Notes: a model not told the origin generated them from the sequence alone. A stretch of DNA of 64,000 nt from Amoebidium appalachense (GCA_963693365.1 CAVNZM010000007.1:915979-979978), one strand, 5' to 3'. Shown: positions 1-14,150, numbered from the stretch's first letter. Translations and numbers: made by a program.

Positions 1-12
1 TACTCACTGCAG

Positions 13-283
13 GTAAGCCTGGACCCCGACCACCTGCTACCACACCTCGCCAGTGCCTCACTTCCCGATATGGAAGGTTTTCTCCACGACCCCTCTCACC
101 CAGCCCCAGACGGCGCCCACGAAAAACCCCACATGCTCTCAAATTACCACCGCTCACTCACCCAGCCCACCCTTGTACGTGCAGCGTCGAAACCAAGAAC
201 CCCCCCGCCGTCCTCGGAGCTTGTACCCCACCGCCAGTATCTGCCCACGGCACCCTCCCTGCGCAGTCAGATACTGCGTGAAG

Positions 284-354
<71 letters not shown>

Positions 355-1316
355 TGCTTGCACCTGCACACGTGTACGTGTACGTGTATCCACGTGCCTA
401 GGCAGAAATCGAGCTCTTTTAGAGCAGCCCCCCCACACCAAGAGAGGGAAGTGAAGGGGGAAGAGGGAGGGGGGGGGGGGAGGGGGGCGGGAGAGACTGA
501 GTTTTCGATCTAGAAATGGAAATATTATGAGTTTATTGGCAAATTGAGGGGCGGGCATAGGTATTGCAATGGGGAAGATGAAGATCTGGTTCCTATTGCC
601 TCACTCCCGTCGAGTCGGCATGTTATGTCACCAATCGCACCCCTTTTCCGCCTTTTCTGTCCCTTTACCCCCCCCCCCCCTCCCCCCCCCCCCTTCCCGC
701 GGGCATTTTTGGCCCTTTGTCCCTGAGTTTTGTAGTTGTCACCCTAACCTCAACCTTCTACCTCTTCCTCCTCTCCCGTTCTTATCACCCCCCCCCCCCA
801 TCCCCCAACCTCCCTCCACCCCCCTCCACCCCTTCCCCCACCCCCCCTCCCCCTGTCCCCCTCTCTATATACACGTACAGGGGCGGTAATGAAGAAGACG
901 CTAGTGTGGGAGGGTCGACGTGTGCTCGTGTCTATGTGGCGGCGGTTTTGGTGCCGCCTGGAGACGGAGATGGTGCACTTCATCCCCCACAAGGCCACAA
1001 ACCAAGCGGGGGAGAAGCGCCCATCGGTATGTCTACCCCCCTCCCCTCACCCACCCCACGCCTACCCCCACACATACGAAGGCGCCCACATACACACATG
1101 CGCGTGCGTGCGCGTTACCAAATGCGCACATGTGTTGCATGCTTGATGTGTGCTTTTTCTTGCTTAACCGTGTGATGTTTTCCGTTGTGAGTTTTAACTT
1201 ATGTGTAGGGTTCTACCACCCCCAACCCCCCCCCCCCCCCTCCCTCCCCCCCAAAAAAAACTCCCTCAACTTCCCCTCCCCCCTTCCCCGGGTCGCCCAC
1301 ACACAGAAATACACGT

Positions 1317-1351
<35 letters not shown>

Positions 1352-1436
1352 GCTTTCCCCCCGACCATTTTCTGACTTTCCACATGGTTTTTCGGAGACC
1401 AAATCCAAGGACACTGTTTCCGTACCCATTCCTCAT

Positions 1437-1470
<34 letters not shown>

Positions 1471-1771
1471 ACACCACCTTCCCTCCACGACCACTTCCTG
1501 ACTTTCCTCATGTTTTTTTGCAGATAAAATCCAAGGGCACTGTTTCTGTACCCATCCGCAAGCTAGCGGTGACGATCATGCAGAAGGACTTGATGATGCA
1601 GCTGTCGACGGCAAACAGATGTGTAATCAAGGTGGGTGGATGTGTGTGAGTGGGATGAAGCCGAGATGGTGGACACGCGTGTGTTCGTGTGTGTTTTTTT
1701 TTTGGGGGGGGGGGGTGGGGGGGGGGGGGAGGGAGGGAGGGAACACCTTTGGGTGGGTAGTGTGTGGGTGC

Positions 1772-1803
<32 letters not shown>

Positions 1804-2084
1804 ACCAATGGTTGCTATGGCATGTTGCATGCGGACGGTACACACACACACACACACGCACACGCACACACACACACACAAACGACATTTGAAGAAATGC
1901 TGGGGTAAACGGATGAAAAAATGTGTGTGTGTGCAAGGGGAGAGAGGGGGGGGGGGGGAGGGGGGGGGGGGATGGGCTGCTCCTAGGGCTGCCTCTGACA
2001 TTTATGCGCGTGCAGGTTCAGTTCACTGACGAGAATGAGTTTTCTGCCTGGAGAAAGGCCCTGGCATCTGCACTCCGCCAGCTG
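13..2084 (+). CDS. PH-domain-containing protein, partial. Exons about 13-285, 881-1026, 1524-1631 and 2016-2084; the 5' end is outside the window and the 3' end is uncertain
   Basis: The spliced exons give ...SQILREG / AVMKKTLVWEGRRVLVSMWRRFWCRLETEMVHFIPHK... / IKSKGTVSVPIRKLAVTIMQKDLMMQLSTANRCVIK / VQFTDENEFSAWRKALASALRQL. This matches PH hallmarks: ILxEG start, WxRxWxxL strand, KGxI-like strand and a C-terminal helix containing W. Junctions 1026/1524 and 1631/2016 are phase-0 GT-AG. The donor near 285-289 falls inside a GT repeat and its phase is ambiguous. Confidence 0.7.
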
Positions 2085-2148
2085 GTAACCTCCCCCTTTC
2101 AGCAACCTTCTCCCCGAAAAAGAAAGAAGAGAAACAAACAAGAAACAC

Positions 2149-2240
<92 letters not shown>

Positions 2241-3595
2241 GAGCTGCACACACACCCGTACACACACACGACACAACACGCGCGCCTGTGAGAGCACACA
2301 CACAGACGCACATGGCAAGGCATGCACACGAGCATTCAAACACACACAAGCACACATGGCACTCCACACTCCACCACAACCACCATCACATGGAAATAAT
2401 AGAAAAAGAAGAAACGTTTCGTATTTCCAGCAGTTTTTTCCTTTGATCAACCTCATCGGGAAACTGACCAACTGGTGTACGTGCATGGTACACAGGGGGT
2501 GGACCCGGAGAGCCCAATGATTCGTCGAATCCAGACAACATAGGCCCGCTAATTTTAGTGTCCGGAATTTCCGGCCCTCATACACGTATGTAACTTAAAT
2601 TATTAAGCTGCTTATATGAATGCTTTGCTTGGTTGGTTATATTGTATCATATTTTTAACGGTGTGGGTGTTTTTGCCGCGTGGGAAGGAACAAGGGTTAT
2701 TATGGGTGATGCCAAGTACGTATGGCCCTGTTTCACGTTTTACCATGATGTTGTTCATAGACAGGGACGCTAGCGTTTGAGGTTTGGGTGTGTGTGTGTG
2801 TCTGCGTATGCTTGTGTGTGCCCGTGTGTGTTTGTGTGGCACTCTCGCTTTTCGTCGCTGTTGCCTGGAGAGAGAGAGAGGGGGGGGGGGGGGGGGGAGG
2901 GGGGGGGGGGGGGGGGGGGGGGTTAGTATCGTGATGTTTTTCTTGTTGATACTACGAGCTGTTTTTGCCTGTGTTTAGTGGTTCAGAGACGTAACACGCT
3001 GGGCAGATTTAGCCAAAATTTAGATGCGGGACCTTCGCATACACAATGATATCTGTTTAGTCCATTTTTTTTTTACTCGTGTCTCTCTCGAGACAACTTA
3101 CAGATCCTTAAGGTGTTTGTTGCGGATGCATTTATGAATATGCCGATGTTGTTAAAAGGATGTTGCTTTCTTTCTTTCTTTTTTTTTTTGGGGGGGGGGG
3201 GGGTCAACATAAGAAATCCATGTATAGAATGACGAGCTATTGTAAGCTGCAAACACGTGCTGTACACGTGATTTGAGGAGGGTTATCATAACTGCCTACC
3301 GATGGCGGTAGCGCCAAACCAGGACAGACTGTCTATGGGCCAGGCAGATACCAGTGGTATCAGTGTCCCATCACCATTAATAGTGAATAAATTGTAGTAT
3401 ATTATAAATTCGGATGGGTGGCAGTATATTTACCCATAGTGTGGCAATGGTGAGGCGAAAATTGGGGATGTTGCACTCGTTTGTTACAAAGTTTTGCAGG
3501 CCGCACTCCAGGCGCTTATGTTAATTCGACCCCTCCCCTCCCCCCCTCCCCCCTCCCCCCGCCCCCCCCTCCCCATAAGAGAAGGAGAGCGGGGC

Positions 3596-3672
<77 letters not shown>

Positions 3673-4219
3673 CGTGTGTAAGAGATTGAATAAGTGTGTG
3701 TGTGTGTGTGTGTGTGTATGTGTTTCACAGTAAGTGTCGCCGTGTGCACGTGTGCTTTTGTGTGAGTGCCCATGTGTGTCTCCTTATCTCTAACCCCCAC
3801 CTCCCCATCCCCAAAAGAGAGAGAGATCAGAGAGAGATAGAGATAGAGAGGGGGCAAGAGAGAGAGTGTGTCTGTGTGTGTCTGTGTGTGTGTGTGTGTA
3901 CGTGCTCGCACGCGCGTGTGTGTCATGGTGTGTGTGTGTGTGTGCGTGTGTGTGTGTGTGTGTGTGCGTGTGCGTGTGCGTGTGCGTGTGCGCGTGCGTG
4001 TGCGTGTGCGTGTGCGTGTGCGTGTGCGTGTGTGTGTGTCGGAGAAAGAAAGAGAGAAAGGGGGAGAGAGGAATTCGAAGGAAATCACGATAAAGAGGGG
4101 GCCGGGGGGGGGGGGAGAGGGGGGGGGGGGGGGGGGGGGGGGCGGGGTTTGAAGAGAGAGAGAGAGAACTGAGAGAGAGAACGGGGGGGGCGGAGGGGGG
4201 GGAGAGCTAGAGAGAGAGT

Positions 4220-4294
<75 letters not shown>

Positions 4295-4321
4295 TGTGTG
4301 TGTGTGTGTATGTGTGTGTGT

Positions 4322-4362
<41 letters not shown>

Positions 4363-4716
4363 CTATCCCCTCCCTCGCCCCTTCCCCACGTACACTCACA
4401 GCCCACCCACCCACCCACCCACCCAACCCCACCTCGCGCAAACTCCCTTCAAACCAGATGCCTCCCCGTCTGCGTGCGCCATGATATGGGCAGTCCTACT
4501 TGAAAATTCCATTACATATGTAGAACAAATAATTAATGAAGTCACAAGTCTTTGCATTACCTACCTATACACTTAACACTCGTTTATTCTAAGCTATTGT
4601 GGCTGGGAGCAACGCATGCATTGAAGTGGTGTTGTCTGCGCCTTTCGAGAAACAATTGGGCATGCTGGTGACTTTCACGTGATAGGCTAGAACAATCCTT
4701 CGAGTGAAGGCGTGCG

Positions 4717-4767
4717 CTGATTGGCTAAAGAAGAACCACTTGCTGATTGGCTCAATGATCTGATTGG
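4717..4767. promoter_or_regulatory. Cluster of three CCAAT boxes (CTGATTGG x3)
   Basis: ATTGG at 4720, 4746 and 4763, each preceded by CTG. The context GATTGGCTAAAGAAGAAC resembles GATTGGCTAAAAAGAAC at 29146, upstream of the DnaJ gene. Confidence 0.45.
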
Positions 4768-5050
4768 TTTGTCAAAGAAACGTGAAATGGCCTTCGGCTC
4801 TCCCCCCAAGCCCGAAAATTCAGAAAATTTTGATGGTATTTTTTCAAGCCCCGATGTATTTTGGGTTTCGGGTTATGGTATTTTTCGTACCATGTCATTT
4901 GGCGGGGCACTGTTTGCGCAATCTAACCTCGGGAGTTGGCTCCATATCTTGCGGGCATGTCTTATGAGGGGCGTGCGCGTACGCGCAGATGTGTGTATGT
5001 GATGCGTCGTGTTTTATAATATATATGTGCATATGTGTTTGTGTGGGTTG

Positions 5051-5350
<300 letters not shown>

Positions 5351-5959
5351 CTCGGCTCTCTCCCTCCCTTTAGCTCTCTGGAGCTCCCGGGCCCCAGCAC
5401 AGGTCAATCTAACTTGAATAGATGGTGACGCACGCAAAGTGGGACTCAACAACATTGATAAATAGCATCAGCATTCTCCAGCAATACTATGGCAGAAAGA
5501 AATAAATAATGGGCGTACACCCCTCCCATATTTATAAATAAAAAGGTGCACTACCAATAAATTTAGTAATAGTGTGTACCGATTGAAATTTCTGTTTGTC
5601 GGACTCGGGCCCTGGCCGATTCCATGGTGGTGGCCTACGATAGCCATATATGGTTATTAAGCATCGTAATGATTGGATTTAACATTTGCTGCTTCTGGCT
5701 TCCGGTTGGCCCCCTGAATGTATCAGGAATTCTCTCGAGATCAGGCTGCCTGCAGATGCATGCAGTTTGTGTTACAGTTGCCATGTAGTTGTGCATTGTA
5801 CTGCTGACGTTAGGAGCAGAAACACAGTAGGGCTTGTTGCAGACGTCGTGAAATGGGGCCCAAAATACCTGCGGGCCCCTCCCGGCCTCCTCCTGTTGCA
5901 AGTTCAACTGGTCAGGCAGACCGTAGATACAGGCAGCTGCAACCTTCACAACGCACATA

Positions 5960-6820
5960 GGACCACTTTGGATCTATAATAGGCCGATCTGTGGAATGCG
6001 GCTCTGGAGCCATAGGGCCTTCCCGTGTGCAGACTGCGCAGCCGCGGCGCCATGGTTTTCCGTGCGAAACTTACAACACCTACAAGAACTGAAGCGACTC
6101 TATCTAACCTACTTTAAGCTAGTATAAGCGCACTTTTAGAGTAGTGAGTAATTGTATATGACACAAATAACAACAGTTTAAAATATTGGTTAAACAATCA
6201 AAAGCCCCGCACGCACATGCCTGCTCATCAGTAGAGCTGCAGTCTACCTCCGGAGTCTAGATCTGTGGACGTGGTGGTATGGTGTGTGGTTCACGGAACT
6301 ATGGTTAGAAGACGCCGTGACGTGGCCCAGTAGAGTGAAAAAAGAACCTATAAGAGCCAAAGGTTATGCAGAGACCACTTTAACCCGGTCACTGCAACTT
6401 TTTTTGTGTCATCGACAACAAGCCACTACACCTCAAACCTGTTACCGGAGCTTGTCCCACTGTACGCCCGTTCTAGAAGGTGCAAACAGTGGGGTTTTGG
6501 TGCTACCACTCAGAAGAAGCCAAATAAACATGACTTGGTTGTTCAGGCATAGGCTCAAGTTTGTCCCACCCCCATCATGCTCAACTTATACACTGCCCAT
6601 AACCACCCACCTGCCCGCCCCTGACTGCATGGGAAGGCCCGCCCGTACTAGTCCCCCCTCTACACAACTAACTTAGGCAAGAACACCGGGCCGTAAGAAA
6701 CACACACACACATACAAACAAAAATACACACAAACACACACACACACACGCACACACGCACACACGCGCACACACATGTCGTACACACACACACACACAG
6801 ACACACACACACACCCGAGT

Positions 6821-6862
<42 letters not shown>

Positions 6863-6871
6863 ACGAGAGAG

Positions 6872-6934
<63 letters not shown>

Positions 6935-7093
6935 CCGTGACACACACACACACATAAACACACAAATAACTACATGTAAACAAGGCAGCTTGACCTCGCT
7001 CACTTCAACACTTCTTACACAGATCTGTTACCTTCTCCATATCGACCCCACCTTCCCCAGCCGCCCCACCCAAACCCCACTTTTGCCCGCCAG

Positions 7094-7125
<32 letters not shown>

Positions 7126-7384
7126 TTTCCGAAGTTCCTCATGCCTTCCTTCCTCCCCCTTCCTCCCTCCCCCCACCACCACCTCCCTCCCTAGGCACCT
7201 ACAAGAGAGGCAGGGCAACAAGGTGCCCCTGGCGAGGGAGGGAAAGAGGAGGGGGGGGGGGGGGGGGGGGGGGAAGGGTCCCGGGAGGGAAGGCTAGGAA
7301 GAGGACCGTGAGAGCATAACAACGTACACCTTCACTGACGTCGACATACACTCACACCTGAACGCGTGTGCGTGCGCGTGCGCG

Positions 7385-7431
<47 letters not shown>

Positions 7432-7494
7432 ACATACAGACAAACACGTGACACATACTCTAACAAACACCCACCCACCGGATTGAAACACACA

Positions 7495-7544
<50 letters not shown>

Positions 7545-7600
7545 CACGACACATACTCTAACAAACACCCACCCACCGGATAATCCGATTGCAACACACA

Positions 7601-7695
<95 letters not shown>

Positions 7696-7909
7696 CACAC
7701 ACACACACACACACACACTTGACACACATATACGCACACACAAAGAATACACACACAGACGTGTGCATACACACACGTGCACGCAAGGGCACACACACAC
7801 ACACACACAAGCATATACAGACGCCTAAGTGTACGCGTGCACAAATACACACGCAAACGTGACACAATCACTCACACACACACAAACACACACACACACA
7901 CTGCGTCTC

Positions 7910-7990
<81 letters not shown>

Positions 7991-9076
7991 CTCATCTTAA
8001 TGTCACACACAGTACACACACATGCGCAATACACACACACACTTACCCTGTGTAACGTTATAACAAACGACACACTGGCACAGTATATTAACCGGCCTCT
8101 TTTGGTGCAGTGGCGGTTTGCAAACACGCACGGTCCGGGTTAGTGCTAGCCCAAGACAACGTAACGTTAGATATAATTAGCAGCTTCTGCGCAGATCTTG
8201 TGTAGGGAGAGAACAGACGGGTAGATGTACAAAGACTTAGAATAGAAAGAGAGCTGCCGGGTTTGCATTTCTTTTATCCGTGAGCAAGAGAAAGAAAAAC
8301 AATACAGTTAAGTAGCAAGCATCTAATTCGACTTGTTTCATGTTAGTGGCAGTACATAGTGGGCTCGTACCGATACTAGTGCTACCTCTGCACACTGCAC
8401 TGTGCAACAAAACACGTTGCACTCAAGTGACCTTTGGATGCAAGGGATACTTGACGAGACGATATATGCAACAAGTAATTTATTATAAAAAGAACAACAG
8501 GGTGTCTGTCAGAGTCTGCTGGTTGCGTTGGACGGTGTGGAAAACAGTCATGATGTGTTTTCGACCGAAACGCCTTCCCGTTGTCTGTATGTGTATGGCT
8601 GACAGGGCATTCCACAAAAAGGTGGGCTGAATGATCACGCTGTACGTGTGTATAATGTTCACACGCCATGCCTACTCTACCCCCAGAGAGTGTATTTGGC
8701 AGAAACGCACCATGCAGGCAGTAAATGTTCAACACCCGTAGTACTTGTGCATATGTTTAACTACGGTGCATGTGTGATGCCCTCATGATCACGAATGGCT
8801 AAGAAAAACGCCCAACGCAACAAGCCCGCAAACCCCAAAATAACTAAGACGATAGAAATTATCATCTATAATAAAAAGCATCTGTGTAGCATTTTGAGGA
8901 AAAAGCAAATATTGTTACGTAAAGGGGTTTGTCTTTGCCAGAAGTAGCTTCTACGTCGGGCAGCTGGAGCCGCTGCCAGGCAGCCCGACAAACGACGGCC
9001 CTGTGGCGGCCAACCTCGGGTGTTGGAGCGAAGCAAAAAATTGATCGATTTTTGAATAGTAGATCCAAAGTGGTCC
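5960..9076. mobile_element. Putative non-autonomous TIR DNA transposon with 17-bp TIRs and a 3-bp ATA target-site duplication (possibly PIF/Harbinger-like)
   Basis: GGACCACTTTGGATCTA at 5960-5976 and its exact reverse complement TAGATCCAAAGTGGTCC at 9060-9076, with ATA immediately outside both ends. No intact transposase was seen inside. Confidence 0.6.
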
Positions 9077-9504
9077 ATAGGGGATTTCTTGCCCGTTTTT
9101 CTCGGAGGGAAAGTTAATAAACCCGAGAAAACGGGCATGACAACACACCCACGCCCCTCACGTCAGGTATCCGACCAGGACAAGGAATCAGATTGCTCAC
9201 CATCACGAATTAGGTCATCCATAAACACCATTAGTTCAAATGACGGAAACGAATCCAGCCCCTTAGCAAATCTAGAAGGGCCTTTTTCCCCTGCACGCAC
9301 ACACAGTGCAAGCAAATCACCCTCCGAGATTCACACCCCTAATAGAGACCCACACACGACCGCCCACAGCCAAATCACCAACCCCCGCAATCACCCCGCC
9401 ATCAGCCAAACCACCAACCCCCCAACGCAAATCCACACCCGCAGCCCAAACTCCGACCCCACCACGCAAATCCACACCGGTACCCACAGCCCAACCACCG
9501 ACCC

Positions 9505-9820
9505 GTGTGTGTGTGTGTGTATGTGTTTGTTTGTGTGAGTGTGAGTGTGTGTGTGTGTGCAGTGTGCGTGCAGTGTATGTGTATGTGTGTGTGTGTGTGT
9601 GTGTGTACATGATGTGTGTGTGTGACGGTGTGTACATGTGTATGTGTGTTTGTCAGGGCTGATCAGTACGGGGGACGGGCGTGTACATGTGTGTGTGTAT
9701 CATGATGTGTGTGTATGCCATGATGTTTGATAGGGTGTGTGTCAGTGTGTGTGTACGGTGTGTGTCACAGTGTGTGTGTGTGTGTGTGTGTGTGTGTCTG
9801 TGGTGTGTGTGTGTGTGTGT

Positions 9821-9858
<38 letters not shown>

Positions 9859-10371
9859 TATGTGTGTGTGCGTCACGGTCACAGTGTGTGTGTGTCACGT
9901 GTGTGTGTGTCACGTGTGTTTGTTTGTGTGTCAGAGTGTGTGTGTGTGTTTGTGTGTGTGTGTGTTTGTGTGTGTGCTTGTACGTGAGTGTGTGTGTGCA
10001 TGTGTGTGTGTGTGTTAACGTGTGTACATATGTGTGTGTGTGTCAGTCAGTCACGGTGGGTGTGTGTTACAGTGTGTGGCGAGCGTGTCCGTGTGGTGTG
10101 TGTGGGTGGGTGGGTGGGTGTATGTGTGTGTGCTCTGTGTGTGTGTCACGTGTGTGTACTGGTATGGCAGTGTGTGACACGGTGTGTGCCGGTGTGTACG
10201 CTTGTACAACACTGTGTGTGTGTGCCACAGTGTCACTTCCGTGAGTATATACCATATGTGTGCCGTGTACATGTGTGTCTGTGTACGTGTGGGCCGGAGT
10301 ACTAGCTGTGTGCGTGTCTGTGTACATGTGTGTGTGTGTGTGTACCACGGTGTGTGAAGGTGTGTGTGTGT

Positions 10372-10405
<34 letters not shown>

Positions 10406-10739
10406 CGTTGCCACACGTGCACGAGCGCACACGTGCACGTGCACACACAACTTTTCACACACATGCACACAAACACACACGCGTGGACACACACACACAC
10501 ACCGCGCATACAAAAACAAACGGCACCGCACACAGGCACACACGCGCATGCGCACGCACGGGCACACACACACACACACACAAGTACACATGCGCACACA
10601 TCGCGCGCGCATGCACACACACACACACACACACAAACACACACATGTACACACACACACGCACACACACACACACACACATGTACACACACACACGCAC
10701 ACACACACACATACATGTACACACACACACACACACTGT

Positions 10740-10771
<32 letters not shown>

Positions 10772-10807
10772 CACACAGTACGCACACACACATACACACA
10801 CGAACAC

Positions 10808-10889
<82 letters not shown>

Positions 10890-11010
10890 CACACACAAAC
10901 ACACGCACACACACGCACACACACACACACATGTATACAGGCACGCACACACATACACGGACGCACACATAGCACACACACACACACACACCGTGGCACA
11001 CACACACACG
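9505..11010. repeat. Compound degenerate microsatellite: a (GT)n-rich block followed by a (CA)n-rich block
   Basis: GT-rich from about 9505 to 10405, then CA-rich from about 10440 to 11010. Confidence 0.9.
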
Positions 11011-13908
11011 TGGCGCCACTACTTTGGAATATCCGTATCATGTGATGCCTATATACGTATGATATCATGGTTTACCACATGTGTTGTGTTATAATACGCA
11101 GCCATATGCATGGGGGCCGGGCGGGCCGGGGGGGGGGGGGCTTACCATGTCTTACCATGAAACCTCGGGAGGCTTACCATGAACCGAAATTTTGTTGGTA
11201 TTTTCAAATGTTTCTGGGTATTTTTTACCGTAAAAACGGGGTTATGGTCGGGCTTGTCTCCCCCCAAACTGTTCAACTAGGGGGAGCAGTCCAACATCAT
11301 CCACGGACTTTATCTGACCGTGTCAGGCTGCTTAAGTTCTAATTTATTGAATATATCATTAAGTATTGCATCTACTTCAGCTGATATTTATTAACCTAAC
11401 AAAACCAACAATAAATGCACCGTAGTCGACCTTGACTGTATAGAAAAGGAAGCCTTAGTTTAGAAGCGGCGAAATAGGCTCATCGAATCTTCCGAGTTGA
11501 TGGTGTATCGTCCAATCAATATACAACGATAGTTATCAGAGCCTGCTAACAGACCTTCTACGCAGAAAAAGTCACGGTGAGAAAACACCGGTGGCTCACT
11601 CTGCCAAACCAGTCCTGGCTGCGTATAAAAGGCTGGTTCCGCCCGGCGCAAGGCTCAGTTTGAAATCCCTTGATCTGACGCGAAAGGAAACGAAGACAAA
11701 CCTGGATTGTGTGATTTGAGCACCTTCCTAAAGGCTTTGTACAGACAATACCACTTTGAACTAAGGAAACCACCTAAGCTAAAAAAGAATCCACACAAAG
11801 CACAGTCTTGTAAAAACAACAAGAAGAAAATGTGCAAAGCAAACGTTGCTGTTGCCCCCGTCTCTACCGTCGAGCCAGTGGGCAAGAACGGGCTTCTTCT
11901 GCGTGACTGCCCCCGCCCAGAGCGTGCTCTCCCACTCAAGCAGACATGGGACTTGGGCTTCGTGTCTGTCCAGCCTTCCATTGCCGATGACTATGAAGCA
12001 CTACGCTCAGCATGCGAGAAGGCATATGATGTTTATGGGCGGTGAAATCGGACAAAGAGAGGTGTACAGATGCAAATGTGCACGACAAGAGAGAGCACCA
12101 AAATATACGTTGATGAGCGAATGGACACCTTTAAAATGGTGTTTGCAGATACAGTGATGTACAAAATACGCTGATTGTGACCGGCTGTTTTTTTTTTTTT
12201 TTTTTTAATTATCATGATAGACACTTGTTTCTCACAGCTTACAAAATACTCGCATAGCAGTTGTGCAGCAAGAGGTGGAGTGACCAGTGTGTATAACAGA
12301 CTTAGGTCAGTAAGACTCGGTGACTGCTACGCTATTCGATATGTCGTGAATGCACGTAGCACACATCTCTACACTACCACACATGTACATGACTGTTTTG
12401 GAGGTGGTGCTCGAAGGTCACAATCTGTCTGGGAAAGATATGTGATGCCCCAGGCTGGCAAGATTTGTATATTATGTCTACGAAAATTTAGCTGCATTAA
12501 TACACACGTCGGGGTTTCCCAAGCAGTATTTGATCGAAGCAACTAGAAACGACTGACAGTTTACATGGGAGGCCGCGTGCTTGCTCATGCAAATGCGTGC
12601 ATGCGTGTGGGTTGAGGAGCAGCACGGAGCCCCCCTTTTCCCCTAACCCTCTTCCCCTCCTCCCCTCCTGCCCCCTCCACCCCTCTCCTATGGCCGCCAC
12701 CACCACACCCACCCACCTAGTCTCTCTCTCTCTCCCCCCCCCCCCCCCCCCCCCCCCCACCTTCACCCCACCCTCTTGTGTGTGTGTCTGTATATCCTTC
12801 CCCCAGCCCCACCCAACCACCCACCCACCCAAACCTCCTGTGTGTGTGACTGTGTATCCATGCATGTGTACGTACACGGTTTTGTGATGATGATGATGAT
12901 GATGATGACGATGATGATGTGTGTGTGTGAATGTGTGTGTGTGTGTGCCAGTGTGTGTGTGCTTGCGTGTGCGTGCGTGTGCATGTGTGCGCACATGTGC
13001 GTGAGACTATGTTTCCGGAATATGCAACCTCTCCAACCTCCTTCCCTTTATTCCTAATCACTCCCTCACCCTCCTAAACTTGTCTTGTTCTCGTTTATAG
13101 TATTTGTAGGTTACCCATATCATGATATCACACTCGGTAACCCATTTTCATGATACCACACTAGGTACTGATAATATACGTGTTACACACAAAATGCATG
13201 CACATATCCGATAGTAGCACGCGGGCGCACACGCCAAACAGATTGCCTGCATGCCACTTGTGTTATGAAATGGGAGAACTTCTACCACCTCCCGAGGTGG
13301 TGCCTCATTTTCCTTCCTACCTCAGCAGAAATCCTTGCTAGTAATGACAATGCTTATCTGTGTGCGCGAAGTGACTGCTGCGAATTCGAAGAAGGAAGGC
13401 CGCAAAGAAAAAAGACTGCGGGCTGCGAAGAAGGAAGGAAAAATCGGCGTCGCCGTCGGCGAGCCGATTTAGCTCAGAGATGGCGCGTGACACCGTCAGT
13501 ACGTGTCAGGGAGAACTTATTGCGGGGGCGGGGGGGGGGGGGGGGGGGGGGGGGGGGATATAGGTAGGTTGCATACTCCATAAGCAGTATAAATCTTGAA
13601 CTTGTGAAGAGGATTCCGGGGACTGAACTGGGCCATGTTGCGCTTTGTATGCCATAAATGACTGGCAGAGGCAGGGCAAATCGATGCAGCCGAATGAAAC
13701 AGGTGTCCTATTTCCAGGCTGAATTTACGTCAGATTTTGTTCCTACGACTCTTTGATGGCTCGCTCGTAAGGGTTTATGGTGGTGCCTGGAGTGACCCTG
13801 TGGTATTACCATGGGTGAAGGCGGCTCAAACCCAAGGCTCCTTTGATCTTGGATTGGTTTGTGTGTGTGTGTGTGTGCGTGCGTGCGTGTGTGCCGCGCG
13901 CCCGGGGG

Positions 13909-13955
<47 letters not shown>

Positions 13956-14119
13956 TGGGCTTCAGTTTTTTTTTTTTTGTTTTTTTTTGGGGGGGGGGGG
14001 GGGAGGGGGGGGGGGGGGGGGGGGTAAGGCACTGAATGTTTTGAAGGGGTGGATAACCATATATCGTTCGAGATTAGATAATGAATATTACCATGGGTAG
14101 CCCAAATCCTCACACCCCG

Positions 14120-14150
<31 letters not shown>

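Noticed and set aside
5635-5958. 107-aa minus-strand ORF next to the TIR
   Set aside because: No recognisable domain or transposase motif.
11400-12160. ORF 11707-12045 and the upstream interrupted frames
   Set aside because: No recognisable motif or splice support. It may be a decayed element but cannot be assigned.
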